Below, one piece after another: positions 11,383 through 24,172 of a stretch of 64,000 bases of DNA (position 1 is its first letter; every line of letters begins with the position of its first letter). Below the pieces are notes generated by a model that did no database searches, was not told where the DNA came from, and was given only the letters and a program-made list of their open reading frames with translations. The translations under genes and the position numbers were made by a program. This DNA is from Octopus bimaculoides (lineage: Eukaryota): assembly GCF_001194135.2 (NCBI RefSeq), contig NC_068981.1, positions 161,314,386-161,378,385 on the forward strand, written 5' to 3'.

Positions 11383-11563
11383 CGAAATGCCGGTGTTAAA
11401 ACGGGGGTAGCTGATGAAGGAAAATGTTCTCTATGTGGCTTGTGTGTTTTCTTGCCTACGTTTTGTTTGCAATGTCCTGTACCCAGATATGCACCTATAC
11501 ATACAGGTCGATGTCGGTATGCACATACCTGTACGTATATATGCATATACTCATTTACTATTT

Positions 11564-11567
<4 letters not shown>
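11383..11567 (+). repeat. Microsatellite-associated interspersed repeat (copy 1)
   Basis: Near-identical reverse-complement copy at 48333-48516; both end in (TA)n. Confidence 0.8.
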
Positions 11568-11600
<33 letters not shown>

Positions 11601-11770
11601 TAAGTAGAGTTAGCGGTTGGAATAACTGTCTAAGGGATAAGAATAGCCATACTTACTACTGATATCAATTACCTATGTTAACCCTGGGTATTTGGTATGC
11701 AAGCACACTATGCTCACAGAATACAGGTAATAATGGGATAAACAAGAACTTATCAAGAATCAAATTTAAA

Positions 11771-11914
11771 ATCAGCGGTAAATGAGAAAACCTTTGATCA
11801 ACAAACAAACAAATTGGCAAATATCGGTTAATTATTTTTTAATACAAAACTTAAAAAATAATTAACCTATGTTGGTCAATTTGTTTGTTGATCAAACCTT
11901 TTCTCCATTTTCTG

Positions 11915-11919
<5 letters not shown>
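11771..11919. repeat. Long imperfect hairpin (arms about 70 nt, 8-nt loop)
   Basis: atcagc...tttgatcaacaaac...ggttaattattttttaa [tacaaaac] ttaaaaaataattaacc...gtttgttgatcaaa...gctgat. Confidence 0.85.
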
Positions 11920-11945
<26 letters not shown>

Positions 11946-11994
11946 CTTTATACATGCATCTATATCTATCTATCTATCTATCTATCTATACATA

Positions 11995-12160
11995 TGTACA
12001 TGATGAGCTTCTTTCAGTTTCTGTCTCCCAAATCCATTCACAAGCCTTTGGTCAGCCCAGGGCTATAGTAGAAACACTTGCTCAAGGTGCCATGTAGTGG
12101 GAGTGAACCTGGAACCATGTGGTTGGGAGGCAACTTCTTACTATACAACCACACCTGCAC
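11995..12160 (-). mobile_element. SINE family B 5' half
   Basis: gagcttctttcagtttctgtc...caaggtgccatgtagtggg...accacacctgcacc. Confidence 0.7.
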
Positions 12161-12730
12161 CAATATGAAAAAAGTTATTTTCAAGCATTGGTTAATAAGT
12201 CATGTTGTAATAACATAATTAATCCTTTTGGGAACACTGCCTATAAAGTTTTGATTAATCTTAAAATTAATCTAATCAAGAATTTATTATAGATTTAGTA
12301 AGATTACTGAACATCATTAAGCTGGTGTTGAAACTCTGCAATTTAATTAATTATGATAGAATTTAGGCATTCACAGGTGGGTTAGTATCAAAGAATGAAA
12401 TACTTAAGGGTCATGACACTGCAAATTTGGACCTGTGAATTGCAGATCAATAGGAAGTGATTTTAGCACCCCCAGACTTTTTTTAGAGAGTGAATTTCAA
12501 AACCAAAGCCAGCCATCACTATGGTGGTGGTGAGGGAAAGGTAATTTCTGAACCTACTAGAAACAGTAGCCAAATTTTCCTCAAAGCATATGATAGTTAT
12601 CTTTAAAAAAACAAAAGCAAAGAATAAATCAGATAAGTGTAGTAGTATACAAGTTATGGACCCCACCCTTCCACCGAGAAAAAAGAATGGTCACCTGTGG
12701 AATGACTCATAACAAAGGAACCTCTTACAT

Positions 12731-13149
12731 CAGTGGTTCTCAACCATCCTTTGCCTATGTACCCTTTTGATTCCTATTTTACTTGCACGGACCCCTATAA
12801 CCATTCGAGGTTTAAAATATCCTGTTGTATTTTTAGAATTCGATATTATTAAGAATTGTATTGAAAAAATAGTTAAAATGTTTAAATTGAATAATCAAAC
12901 AAACAAGAGGATGTGCACATGGAATTTATTAATTTGACGCTCAGTAAAAAGAGAGAGTTTTTGACATCTCAAGCAAAGCCCTTCGTGAGAAAGGAAAACA
13001 GAAAAGTCCAGAGATGGAGAAATATCACCAACAGCAAGTGTAGTTACATTGGGTGTATTGCAGAAGTATAATCAATTTATTGCATATGAATTTCAACAAA
13101 ATTTTACATGGAGCCCTAAGGGCCATATGGACTTGGTTGAAAACCACTG
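12731..13149. mobile_element. hAT-type MITE
   Basis: TIRs cagtggttctcaacc / ggttgaaaaccactg; degenerate 8-bp flanks tcttacat / ctctacat. Confidence 0.65.
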
Positions 13150-14287
13150 CTCTACATGATCATTTGACCTGCTAGAAATAGCATCAAAGTTGCTCTGATA
13201 TGAAACCCTATTCCTATAAAAAGGGTGGATAATATATGCAGATATAACATAAATGAGAGGAGATAGCCACAAATGGGATACTTTTGAACATAGGTATGCT
13301 TGATCAGAGCTGACCAACCAGTGGCTAAACGCAAACTAACAATGGTGAAATGGCAAGCTTCAGTAATGGTATGATGTGAAGTTGAGGTGTTAGACTGTCT
13401 ATTGGCATAGTCACATGGTCATACAGAGTCAAGCCTCTTTTCAGTCCATCACATAAGCTGGCCTTCAGCTTCCTTCCTTGACTATTCACATTTCACAGTT
13501 GAATGCTTCACCATAGACTAATACACATACAGCTGTCAGTGACCAAATTTGAAACAAGAAATCAATAACAGAAAATAAACAAATAAATAAATAAGGTGGG
13601 GGAAAGGGTAGTGATCTTGGTGAAGTTTGTTTGAAGCTGTGAAGTGAAGCAGAAATATTAAAAAAATATATTTGTGATATGGAAGACACTACAAAGCTAT
13701 GTCATATATTTAGATTGAAGAAATAATAATGAAAAAAAAAGATATGAAAACACTACTACAATACAGTTATTCCATGGAGAGCCTTAAGACCTTAAAGGTC
13801 ACATTCTGGTGTTCTTAGTCATCACGTGGATTTTTTGTTTGTTTTATATTTAAAAACTCTTCATCATCATCATTTAACATGTACTTTCCCATGCTTGCAT
13901 GGGTCAGACAGAATTTGTTAAGGCAGATTTGCTTGTCATGTTGTCAACCATTATGTTTTCAAGCAAGGTCATATTTTCCCATAGCTAGACACTAGATATG
14001 TTTTCCATGGAAGACTAGAAACAAACAACCACACTTCATTTATAAAAAAAAGAATCATAAATATCAAACAACTGCAATTATATACAACAGAATATGTTTC
14101 TGCTAAAAGGATTGTGCCAAGTGTAAAAGAAACTAGCCTTATAAATTGATTTACACTCATAAGTACAAAACTCATAAATGTAACCTTAGCAACATGAACA
14201 AACACTCTTAGATGTACAATATTTAACAAGAGCCTACCAAGAGGCACACTGCTGAAATACAGTACTGTAAAAGAATAGAATTGTTTC

Positions 14288-14432
14288 AAATTTTGGCATA
14301 CGGCCAACAATTTTTTAAAGAAGTTAGTGGATCAGTTGATGTCATCTATCCCAGTGCTCAACTGGTACTAATTTTATTGACCCCGAAGAGATGAAAGGCA
14401 AAATCAACCTCAGTAAGATTTGATCTCAGAAC
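14288..14432 (-). mobile_element. SINE family A, 5'-truncated
   Basis: tttcaaattttggcatacggcc...actggtactaattttattgaccccgaagagatgaaaggcaaa. Confidence 0.7.
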
Positions 14433-15331
14433 ATAATGATTTTTCCAATAATTGCTGAAAATGAAGAGAATATGTGTGCAAGTTTTGAAACCAAAGAATA
14501 CAATAAAAGAATCAATGATTTTGAAAAGCAATGATAACACAACACCCTAAAACTAGCTTTTCAACCTTGCTTAGTGGAGCATCAATGGTACTAGACAGTT
14601 AGTTATAGAGCTGGCTGAATAGTTGTCTGAAGATTATTTCCTGAAATCTCCGTTATGAAGTATGGAAGAGAGCACTGAAATTTGGAGAAAGGCAGTTGAA
14701 TGCCCTTGCCTTCACCAACAGCATGTCAACTGATTTGGTGCTGTTAGTGCAGCATACTGGTGTGAATCCATATTCTCATATTTGATACAAATCCAGAATT
14801 TGTTAAGAACATACAAGACAGACAAATAACTAAGGGACCAATTAAAACTAAAGAAAACTCCAAGTTAGAACCTGAATTTCACAATACTGCCTCATCAGAA
14901 GAACTCTTGAAGAAGTTATTGGAAGAAGCCCACTGTGTGTGAGTGTGTGTGTGTGTGTGTGCACGTCTCTCTCTCCTTTACTTGACATCTCATGATATAT
15001 AGTCACTGTAATGCAAGAAATGTCATTCATTTCCAACATTCTGTAAAAACATTTAAACATGGAGAAATATTACCTTGCTTGGAAATGGATGAGGGCTAGC
15101 AACACAGGAAAAGCATTTGGTCATAAAAAACCTGCTTCAATAAACTCTGAGTGAGGCATGCAAACATGGTAAAGGGAGGTGATAGTAATGATGATGATCC
15201 TCTTCCTTCAAGATAGCAGTGTGGGTGATTCAGCAATTGACAAGACTGATATGAAAATCTTGCATTTAACCATTTAAATTTCTATTCAGCACCACCCCGT
15301 TTTGTTACATTCAATGTCAACATACGTTTTA

Positions 15332-15580
<249 letters not shown>

Positions 15581-15949
15581 TCACTCAATCCTTGTTCCAT
15601 TATACATCAATCATTACCATTTATGTTCTTACATAGTTGAGTTAGTGAGGGAGCCTTTACACAGTCTCTTGAAATAGCAGCCAAATATCCATCAAATTAC
15701 ACTGTACCATATAACAAGGAAGAAACACAGCAGATAATGATCATGCCTGGGAGGCATTTGCTCATAGGTCTGCTGGATCTATGAAGTCCAAAGGATAAAC
15801 AACTTTTTTACATAATTATAACAGCAGAAAAGTAGTAAAAGTTGTTCTTAGCTTTGGTTAGCTGAGATCTATGTCAATAAGATTAACAAGTAAAATGTTT
15901 CATTGTTATTACTTTCTATTGATTGATATTGTCTTTGCTGTGGGTTGTC

Positions 15950-16585
15950 GTCATCATCATCAACATCGTTTAACGTCTGTTTTCCATGCTGGCATGGGTT
16001 GGACGGTTTGACTGAGGTCTGGAGAGCCAATCTGATCTGGTAATGTTTCTACAGCTGGATGTCCTTCCTAACGCCAACCACTCCGAGAGTGTAGTGGGTG
16101 CCTTTTACGTGCAACTGACACAAGAGCCAGTCACAGGGAGTACTGGCATTGGCTGTGTTCGGTTGGTGCTTTTTGCATGCCACTGGCACGGGAGCCAGTC
16201 TGGGGGTACTGGCATCAACTATGTTCGGTTGGTGCTTTTTACGTGCCACCAGCACGGGAGCCAGTCAGGCGGACCTGGCATTGACCACGTTTGGGTCAGA
16301 GCTATGATATTGATTTTACTTGACTCAACAGGTCTTCTCAAGCACATCATATCACCAGACACATCAGGGTATTAACAGGGCTGGACATGCAAGGTCCTGG
16401 TCTCCTGTCATTGCATCTGTGAGGCCCAATGTTCGATGGTCATGCTTCACCACCTCATCCCATGTCTTCCTGGGTCTATCTCTTCCACAGGTTCCTTCTA
16501 CAGTTAGGGAGTGGCACTTCCTCACACATCTGTCTTCATTCATTTGTAACACATGACCATACCAGTACAAGGTCATCTGCATAGA
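15950..16585 (-). mobile_element. RTE-clade LINE, 5'-truncated 3' end
   Basis: Minus-strand LYWYGHVLQMNEDRCVRKCHSLTVEGTCGRDRPRKTWDEVVKHD is the typical RTE ORF C-terminus (W.GHV.RM...RGRPRK.W). The 3' UTR ends in (GAT)n. Confidence 0.85.
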
Positions 16586-17262
16586 GGAGCACTCAGGGGC
16601 AGCTTATCTTGAATTCCTCTGTTATTGCCTGGATGACTATAATGAATTAGAGGGGCCTGAGGACTGATCCTTGGTGAACCCCTACTTCTATTCGGAATTC
16701 TTCACTATACTCATTGCCAACTCTCACCTTACTGACAGCATTCCTGTACAGGGCTTGTACAGCTCTTATCAGCCAAACCCTTTTGTTACCATATATCTGT
16801 TGAAATATACTATCTTTATTTCAATCTATTTGAAAATAATGAAGAATTTAGTAAATTTACTCCATCTTTATAACTCTGGTATTTGGAACAGCAATTAATA
16901 TGAGATTTTATGGCAGGTTTTAATTTAAGTAGGATGTATCTATCCATAGAACCTGAGCTGGTCTCTGACAGGTTGGTATCAAAACGGTTAGAATTTACTT
17001 CTTAAACTGAGCATGTTGTGTGATTACTGGCATATCACACATTACAGAATTGTTGTGTTCACAACAATCTTGGAACTCCATACTATGACAACATTTTCAA
17101 CACCAGAGATACTTGTACATAGGCTCATACACTTCAAATATAAGTGATGAGGCTGACTTATCCAATGAACATACCTCTATAAGGTTGTGACCAAATCTTA
17201 ACCTTTTTATACCAATCTGCCCAAGACTGCCCTTGGTCGTGTGATACAGCTTGCTGTTTTAA

Positions 17263-17427
17263 CCCTTTAGTATTCAAACTGGCCATATCAGGCTCAAATA
17301 TTCTACATGCTTTATGTTTAAATTGACCAGATGAGGCCTCTTACACCTACCACACAACATAATTCTAAAAATATACAACCATGTTATTGAAATCACAAAG
17401 CTACAAAGTAATGTGAATGCTAAAGGG
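17263..17427 (+). mobile_element. piggyBac-like MITE, internally deleted
   Basis: ttaa|ccctttag ... ctaaaggg|ttaa. Confidence 0.8.
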
Positions 17428-19261
17428 TTAAAGTGATCTAAATGAAAATCTTACACCAAAATTTCCTGTTAATTTATGTTTCAAACACCAGCTTAATAAT
17501 GACAGTTATGTTTTCTACCATATCATGGCCAACTTTTATACAACATAATAGTGTTGATTGGTCAAAGAATTAAAATATTGAGTTCAGAAGACTAATACAG
17601 AGTTTAGAGTCCAGGAGGAATTATTTACTGTCATAAGTTTAAAACACTTAAGCTGATATCTGACACAATCTCCTGAAGTACTTTACAAGAAGGTTTGCAT
17701 ATTACTTTAAGTACAGAGATCACATTGATAATGATTTCCTTTCAGACGTTTTTATTTACTATGTATACTAAGAGCTGACACCAGAGGATATTGAACACAA
17801 TGGCTTTCTATTTATACTGTCAATAATTCTTTCTACTATAAACACATGGCCTGAAAATTTTTTTGGAAAAGAGCTAGTTGATTATATTGACTCCAGCGCT
17901 CAACTGGTTCTTATTTTATGATGAAATGCAAAGTTGATCTCAGTGGAATTTGAACTCAAGAGTGCAAAGCCAGATGAAATGTTGCTTTAATCGGTTAGCT
18001 AAAAGGATTTCTTTCTTTCTCTAACAAAATAATACAGATTTAATGAAACACTGAAACTAAATCTAATTATTTCATGTAATAATACTTCTTGTGAGAGTTT
18101 TTCTGAAATAAAACAACTCATTAGATACTCCACTACACTTCTAAAATAGATTAGTTACTGTTTCTAATTAGGTTTCACCCTATTTTAAATTTCAAACCCA
18201 ACTGAGGTCAATTGTGCTTTTAATTTAGACAGGTTGATGTAAAGTACCAGTGATATATTGAACCAGTTTAATCAAATATGCATCCCTTTTCATGGCCTTG
18301 TATCAGGCCAAAATAAATCAATAAAATGTTAGGTTCCTCACTCTTTTAAAATTAAATCCAGTTGAGGTCAATTCTTCTTTTATTCATCACACAAATTAAT
18401 AATAAAAACACCACAAACATACCAGCAATATTATTGGACTAATTTAATAGTGTACATCTCCTCCTTTTCATAGCCTCATGTCAACTCGAAAGAAATCAAT
18501 AAAATTTTATCAGTAAATTGTTTTCGAAATTGAACTCCTAATAAAATTAGATTTTGTTCAAAATGAAGCCCAACAACCTGTGTCTTGCATCACAACAGCC
18601 AATTATTTGCATGTTACATAACAGAGAGACTAATTACTTGTAAATTATACAACAGTTAATTACCTGTTAGTTACAAAAATAATACTGACTCTAAAATGAA
18701 GTTGTAAAATATTGGTTTGATGAGTTTTATTAACTGAAAGCCAGTTGCAGCCTTGTCTTTATTGAAAATGGTAATTAGCAAAGTAGTAAATCTAATTTTA
18801 CCATCTCATAAAGAGAACTTTATTGGTTGCATCTAAGAATTATTACAGTGAGAAAGATTGATGTATTTAATATAAATTTACATGAATGTTTTCAGTAAGA
18901 CATTCAAACTTTTAACTCATAACTTATTGGAAAAACAGAAAATAACATACCACTGACCGCTGGGATTTACTAGCATACTCAAAGTAAGTCAGGAAACGGA
19001 AACTGACATTTAATACCCAGCAAGTGAATCAATTAAGAATAAAATTGAATGCTGCAATGGATTGCTCTCAAGCAAGCAATGTTCTGTCTACTCCAAAAAA
19101 AAAAAAAATTTTTTTTTGTGGGTGTGTGCAGAAATTTGCCTGTGTGCATCCATGCAAGTAACCATTACTGGAATTTCTTCAATTAGAAAAATGTTTATTT
19201 CATCTCCAAAATCTTGTGTATGCACAGCTTAGAGGGAACCCTGTTCTCAAGTTAGTATTTG

Positions 19262-19412
19262 TTCATCATCATCATCATCGTTTAATGTCTACTTTCCATG
19301 CTAGCATGGGTTGGACGATTTGACTGAGGACTGGTGAACCAGATGGCTACACCAGGCTCCAATCTGATTTGGCAGTTTCTACAGCTGGATGCCCTTCCTA
19401 ACACCAACCACT
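19262..19412 (-). mobile_element. RTE 3'-end fragment
   Basis: (cat)n cgtttaatgtctactttccatgctagcatgggttggacg...ctacagctggatgcccttcctaacaccaacc. Confidence 0.75.
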
Positions 19413-20081
19413 CATGCGATTGTTATTTATTTCTAGAACAGCTATAACCAAAGGCACCCCAGCTGTGACCATCCTGTCTTTCCTTATGACTGGTGAACCC
19501 GTTAGTACATTATCGAACATGTAGGATGTAGTTTCAGAGAGAACTGGCTGCTATTTGTAGCAGGTCAAGTTGTTATGGAACCATGAGGTTGGGAAGCAAG
19601 CTTCTTACCACACAGCCATGCCTGCACCTATTTGAAAATTTGATTTTTTTTTATGTATGTGTGAATGTGGTGGTATAATAGAAGAGTGCATTCAATTTGG
19701 ACATTGTAAGCTGGTGCAGAATACCTGTTTCTGGAAAAATGATTTTAGATCTTATATCTATAATATTCATGTAGGCAAGAAATGCATGTAATTAATGAGA
19801 TAAAGACAAGTAGTTATAACTTTTACAGGGATTACATACCACAACATAATATCTGTAGTAAGATTTGAGCTTATAACAAAATAGGTAATAACCCAGCACC
19901 TTAACCTCACAGCCATTATAAATATGTTAGCGTCAGTTGTTAATATGGGGGCTATTTGTGTTTGGGGACTAAAAAAATGTATCTACTTATTCATGTATAA
20001 ATTTTAGAACAAATACTTAAATTGAGAATAGATTTAGTAACACATTGGTGATGTACTCTCTGTCAATTCTTTAACATTGTA

Positions 20082-20295
20082 CCCTTAAGCATTCAGATTA
20101 TTGTCAAATGTAATGCTTATTGATTCACATTGTTTTGAATTAACCATCCATTATCTTGTAGCTTTGAGATTCTGATGATGTGAGTGTATATTTTTAGAAT
20201 GACATTGTAGGATATAAGAGGCCAGATCTGGTTGGTTTGAGTATAAAACAGATAGAATATTTGTGTTGGATATGGCCAGTTTAAATGCTAAAGGG
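20082..20295 (-). mobile_element. piggyBac-like MITE, followed by an inverted partial copy (about 20300-20420)
   Basis: Homologous to 8581-8796; ends ctaaaggg|ttaa. Confidence 0.7.
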
Positions 20296-20519
20296 TTAAA
20301 CTATCCATATCCAGCCAAAATAATCTACCTGTTTTATCCTCAAAACAACCAGATCTAGCCTCTTATACCTACCCTAAATGACAAACAATCACATCATCAG
20401 GATTTTAGAGCTGCAAATTATGCATGTAAAGTCAATGAGTGAGTATCCATAACTTGATATGTTAGAAACAACAGCCAAACTTTTCTCTAAGACCTAAAAA
20501 AAAAGGACACATTGGCCAA

Positions 20520-20625
20520 TGTAGTTCCAAGTATAAAATGTCTGGAGAAAAAAATAACAACACAAAGAAAATTGTAGTTCCAAGTATAAAATGTCTGGAG
20601 AAAAAAATAACAAAACAAAGAAAAT
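20520..20625. repeat. 53-bp tandem duplication (2 copies, 1 mismatch)
   Basis: tgtagttccaagtataaaatgtctggagaaaaaaataacaa(c/a)acaaagaaaat twice. Confidence 0.9.
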
Positions 20626-20956
20626 TCTAGTGATGGTTGGAAGAATTTTGATCATAAATCTGTTTAAAGGAAGGTAAAGAGAATTCTAACCATCCCTAGT
20701 TTTTTTTTTTTTTTAAAAGTCAAATACATTAACTTAAGAGTTGGGTGGTTGACAGCTGCTACAGGTGACATGTGAACAATTATTCAAATATTCAAACCAG
20801 CCACAACTGACTTTTTGCTCACCAGTTGTTTTTGTACAAACAGAAACACTTGATTCATTATTGTTGGAAGTCATAAAGCCTTTGTAATAGAAAAAGCAGG
20901 AAATGACAGGGTCCTGAATTAGTGAGGCATGGGTGGGTAAGATATATATATATATA

Positions 20957-21062
20957 CAGGGTGTCCACAAAGTCTGGGTACATGGGGATTAACACACACT
21001 TTAAGAAATTATTATTTCTTGTATTTAATTGTTTATATTATGATTTTATTTACTCCATGTAC
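20957..21062 (+). mobile_element. 5' end of a Tc1/mariner-type element running into an N gap
   Basis: (TA)n|cagggtgtccacaaagtc, a typical TA-cagggtg terminus. Confidence 0.5.
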
Positions 21063-21647
21063 NNNNNNNNNNNNNNNNNNNNNNNNNNNNNNNNNNNNNN
21101 NNNNNNNNNNNNNNNNNNNNNNNNNNNNNNNNNNNNNNNNNNNNNNNNNNNNNNNNNNNNNNNNNNNNNNNNNNNNNNNNNNNNNNNNNNNNNNNNNNNN
21201 NNNNNNNNNNNNNNNNNNNNNNNNNNNNNNNNNNNNNNNNNNNNNNNNNNNNNNNNNNNNNNNNNNNNNNNNNNNNNNNNNNNNNNNNNNNNNNNNNNNN
21301 NNNNNNNNNNNNNNNNNNNNNNNNNNNNNNNNNNNNNNNNNNNNNNNNNNNNNNNNNNNNNNNNNNNNNNNNNNNNNNNNNNNNNNNNNNNNNNNNNNNN
21401 NNNNNNNNNNNNNNNNNNNNNNNNNNNNNNNNNNNNNNNNNNNNNNNNNNNNNNNNNNNNNNNNNNNNNNNNNNNNNNNNNNNNNNNNNNNNNNNNNNNN
21501 NNNNNNNNNNNNNNNNNNNNNNNNNNNNNNNNNNNNNNNNNNNNNNNNNNNNNNNNNNNNNNNNNNNNNNNNNNNNNNNNNNNNNNNNNNNNNNNNNNNN
21601 NNNNNNNNNNNNNNNNNNNNNNNNNNNNNNNNNNNNNNNNNNNNNNN
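21063..21647. other. Assembly gap (585 N)
   Basis: Run of N. Confidence 1.
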
Positions 21648-21709
<62 letters not shown>

Positions 21710-22324
21710 TTAAACAAGTAAAATATGGTCAATGAACAATTATTAGGAAAAGAGAGATAGAAAATGAAAATCAGATGAAAGACTGACAGGAAGAGCATAT
21801 ATAAGTATACAATAACTTCAAATATATAGATTTTCCATTAAAATACAATGAAAGAAAATCGAAAACAGACAATGCTGAAGGTCCTACAGTATCTACCTTC
21901 CTGTCTATAAACTAATGTTCATACTTGTTTTTCTGTCAACACCCTTCATCTCCAGTGACAATGTAATGGCAATTCACAAATGCAAAGATTTGTAACAACC
22001 AATAATTATAACACCTATTTACACACTCTTACAAATTAATCTAAGCACCAGAAATGAATTTAGTGATAGATAATTGACTGCCAGCTATGCTGTTGTCACA
22101 ATTAGTGACAGGCTAATGGAAGTTGAATTCTTCAGAAGCTTTCAGTCAAATTCATACAAGACAAAGTAACATACTTTTGTTGGGTTGTAAGCCCTGGGTT
22201 ACCTCTGATCAAACTGTTCTTTGGCATGTAGATAGCTTGTTGAATGACTAGGTGTAACCTAAATATATATATTTTCCAGATATACCATGACTCACTGAAG
22301 CTGCGGATCTACATACACTTTCAC

Positions 22325-22660
22325 ATCATTTAATGCTCACTTTTCCATGCTTGCATGGGTCAGACAGAATATATTGAGGTAGATTTTCTATGGTCAGATA
22401 TCCTTCTTGTCAACAAACAACATCACTTGTATGATGGTGATGCTTGTTTACAACCATCACATGCTGTCAAGACAAGAGTACACACACAAATACACACTCA
22501 CATACACGACCAGCTTCTTTTAGTGTCCATCTACCATTCCCAAGGTTTTAGTTGGCCTGGGGCTATGGTAGAGGACACCTGCTCAAAGTGCTGAGTAGTA
22601 GGACTGAACCTGAGACCAAATAGTTGGGAGGCAACCTCCTTAACCTGACAGCCATGCCTA
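22325..22660 (-). mobile_element. RTE tail fragment joined to a SINE family B 5' half
   Basis: catcattttaatgctcacttttccatgcttgcatgggtcag... followed by ...gacacctgctcaaagtgc...acagccatgcc. Confidence 0.6.
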
Positions 22661-23904
22661 GTTAATTGAATGGGGTGCACTATGATAGACTGGACACTCT
22701 CTAGTTCAGTTTATTTTTGTAAGTTTTGGTGGCAAGCTCAGTGAAAATAAAGCATATCAATTGTTTTCTCATCTACTAATCATTAATAGAGTACATCCCA
22801 GCACAGTGTTTGGGAATAATGAGGTTTTTGTGGTTGAAGTCTTTCTGTTGCAAGTCAACTTGTAACTATGGTAGAAGATGCTCAGAAGGATTGAACTCTG
22901 AACAAACATGATTGCAAAAGCAAACCTTTTGACTGCACAACCATGTTTGCACCCATAATCTAGCAAGCAGTAACAAACTGAACGCATAGAAGCAACACAA
23001 GAATCTGATCCAGCATGGTGGTACATTTGAGACAATGATATTTGCCACACAATGGTTATCGCTGTTAGTTTGAAAATATTCCATCTACTCTGCTGCCAGC
23101 AACATTTTTAATATGTTCAGAGGATGTGACAGTAAGTGTAGCAGAAGTAGATGAGATGAGATGGGATGATTTGGCTAGCATATACAATAGCTTCAATTCT
23201 TTTAGGATTTATTAGTATACAAGTGTGGTTGGTAATCTAATAGAGAGAAAATGATGGCTAATAAAAATAAAGGTAATTCAAGAAATATTTAGGGTAGAAA
23301 TAGTAAATAGCTAGATTTAATAAGATGAGGTTGAAAAGAACTAAATGAAGTTCCAGCCACTCTTTGACAGCATAAAAATGAACAAGCCAAGGAGAGAGCT
23401 TGATCTGCTTGAAACAAAAGTCAAATGTCTCTACAATCATATCCTACCTTCTGACAAAAATGAAAGATGTGTTAGATAATGTTGTCACCCTTAAATACAC
23501 AGCTTAAAAATATAAATAAAAAAGTGGATTGGTCACAACTAGTATGTCTTTGCATGTAGGCCTGCTCACACAGGGCTGAGTAATAGCATAATGTAAAAGT
23601 GGGGAGGGATAACAAATATTATGACACAAACTGAATTCTAATTTTTTTTTAAGTGCATAATGTACTTTTAGAATATACTCTGGTGCTTTCTCCTTCTCCC
23701 CCTCCTCCATGTCATCTGTTAATCTCTCCATTACCACCTCACAACAATAGATCTATTCCTCCCATTATACAGTAACTTCTCCCAACATCACCCTCTCACA
23801 ACAACAAATCCATTTTGCTCAGCATACTACAACTTCTATCACCTTACCTTAAAGTCATCACTATCTATTTCCTTTTTCACCCTGTGAGTTACAAGGCAGT
23901 CTCA

Positions 23905-24172
23905 CTAGTGCTAGTGGCATGAAAAAAAAAAAAAAAGCACCCAGTACATTCTGTAAAGTGGTTGATGAATCAAGCAAGGTTCAGAGGACTGCTTAGCCTT
24001 ACTGATGGTAAGATATCCTCTATAGTGTTGGTGCCACAAAAAAAGAAATGCACCCAATAATGCTGTAAAGTGCTTAGTGTTTAGAAGAGCATCAAGCCAT
24101 AGGAGCCAAGCATAGCTAAGACAGTGCAGCAAGAGATGGCCCTCTGCTCCATCAAATCCTGTTAAACCATTC
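23905..24172 (+). mobile_element. RTE-type 3' tail fragment
   Basis: ctagtgctagtggcatg...aaagcacccagtacattctgtaaagtggttg (internally repeated)...ccatcaaatcctgttaaaccattcaac. Confidence 0.55.

Noticed and set aside
11384-11432. GAAA...CUGAUGA in the 11383/48333 repeat as a type II hammerhead
   Set aside because: Helix I cannot be closed in either copy and no helix II partner exists; it may still be a retroelement terminus relic.
20922-21798. Long ORFs of 238-254 aa (also 44510-45242)
   Set aside because: Their length comes from runs of N; only the mariner portion before 44766 is real coding-derived sequence.
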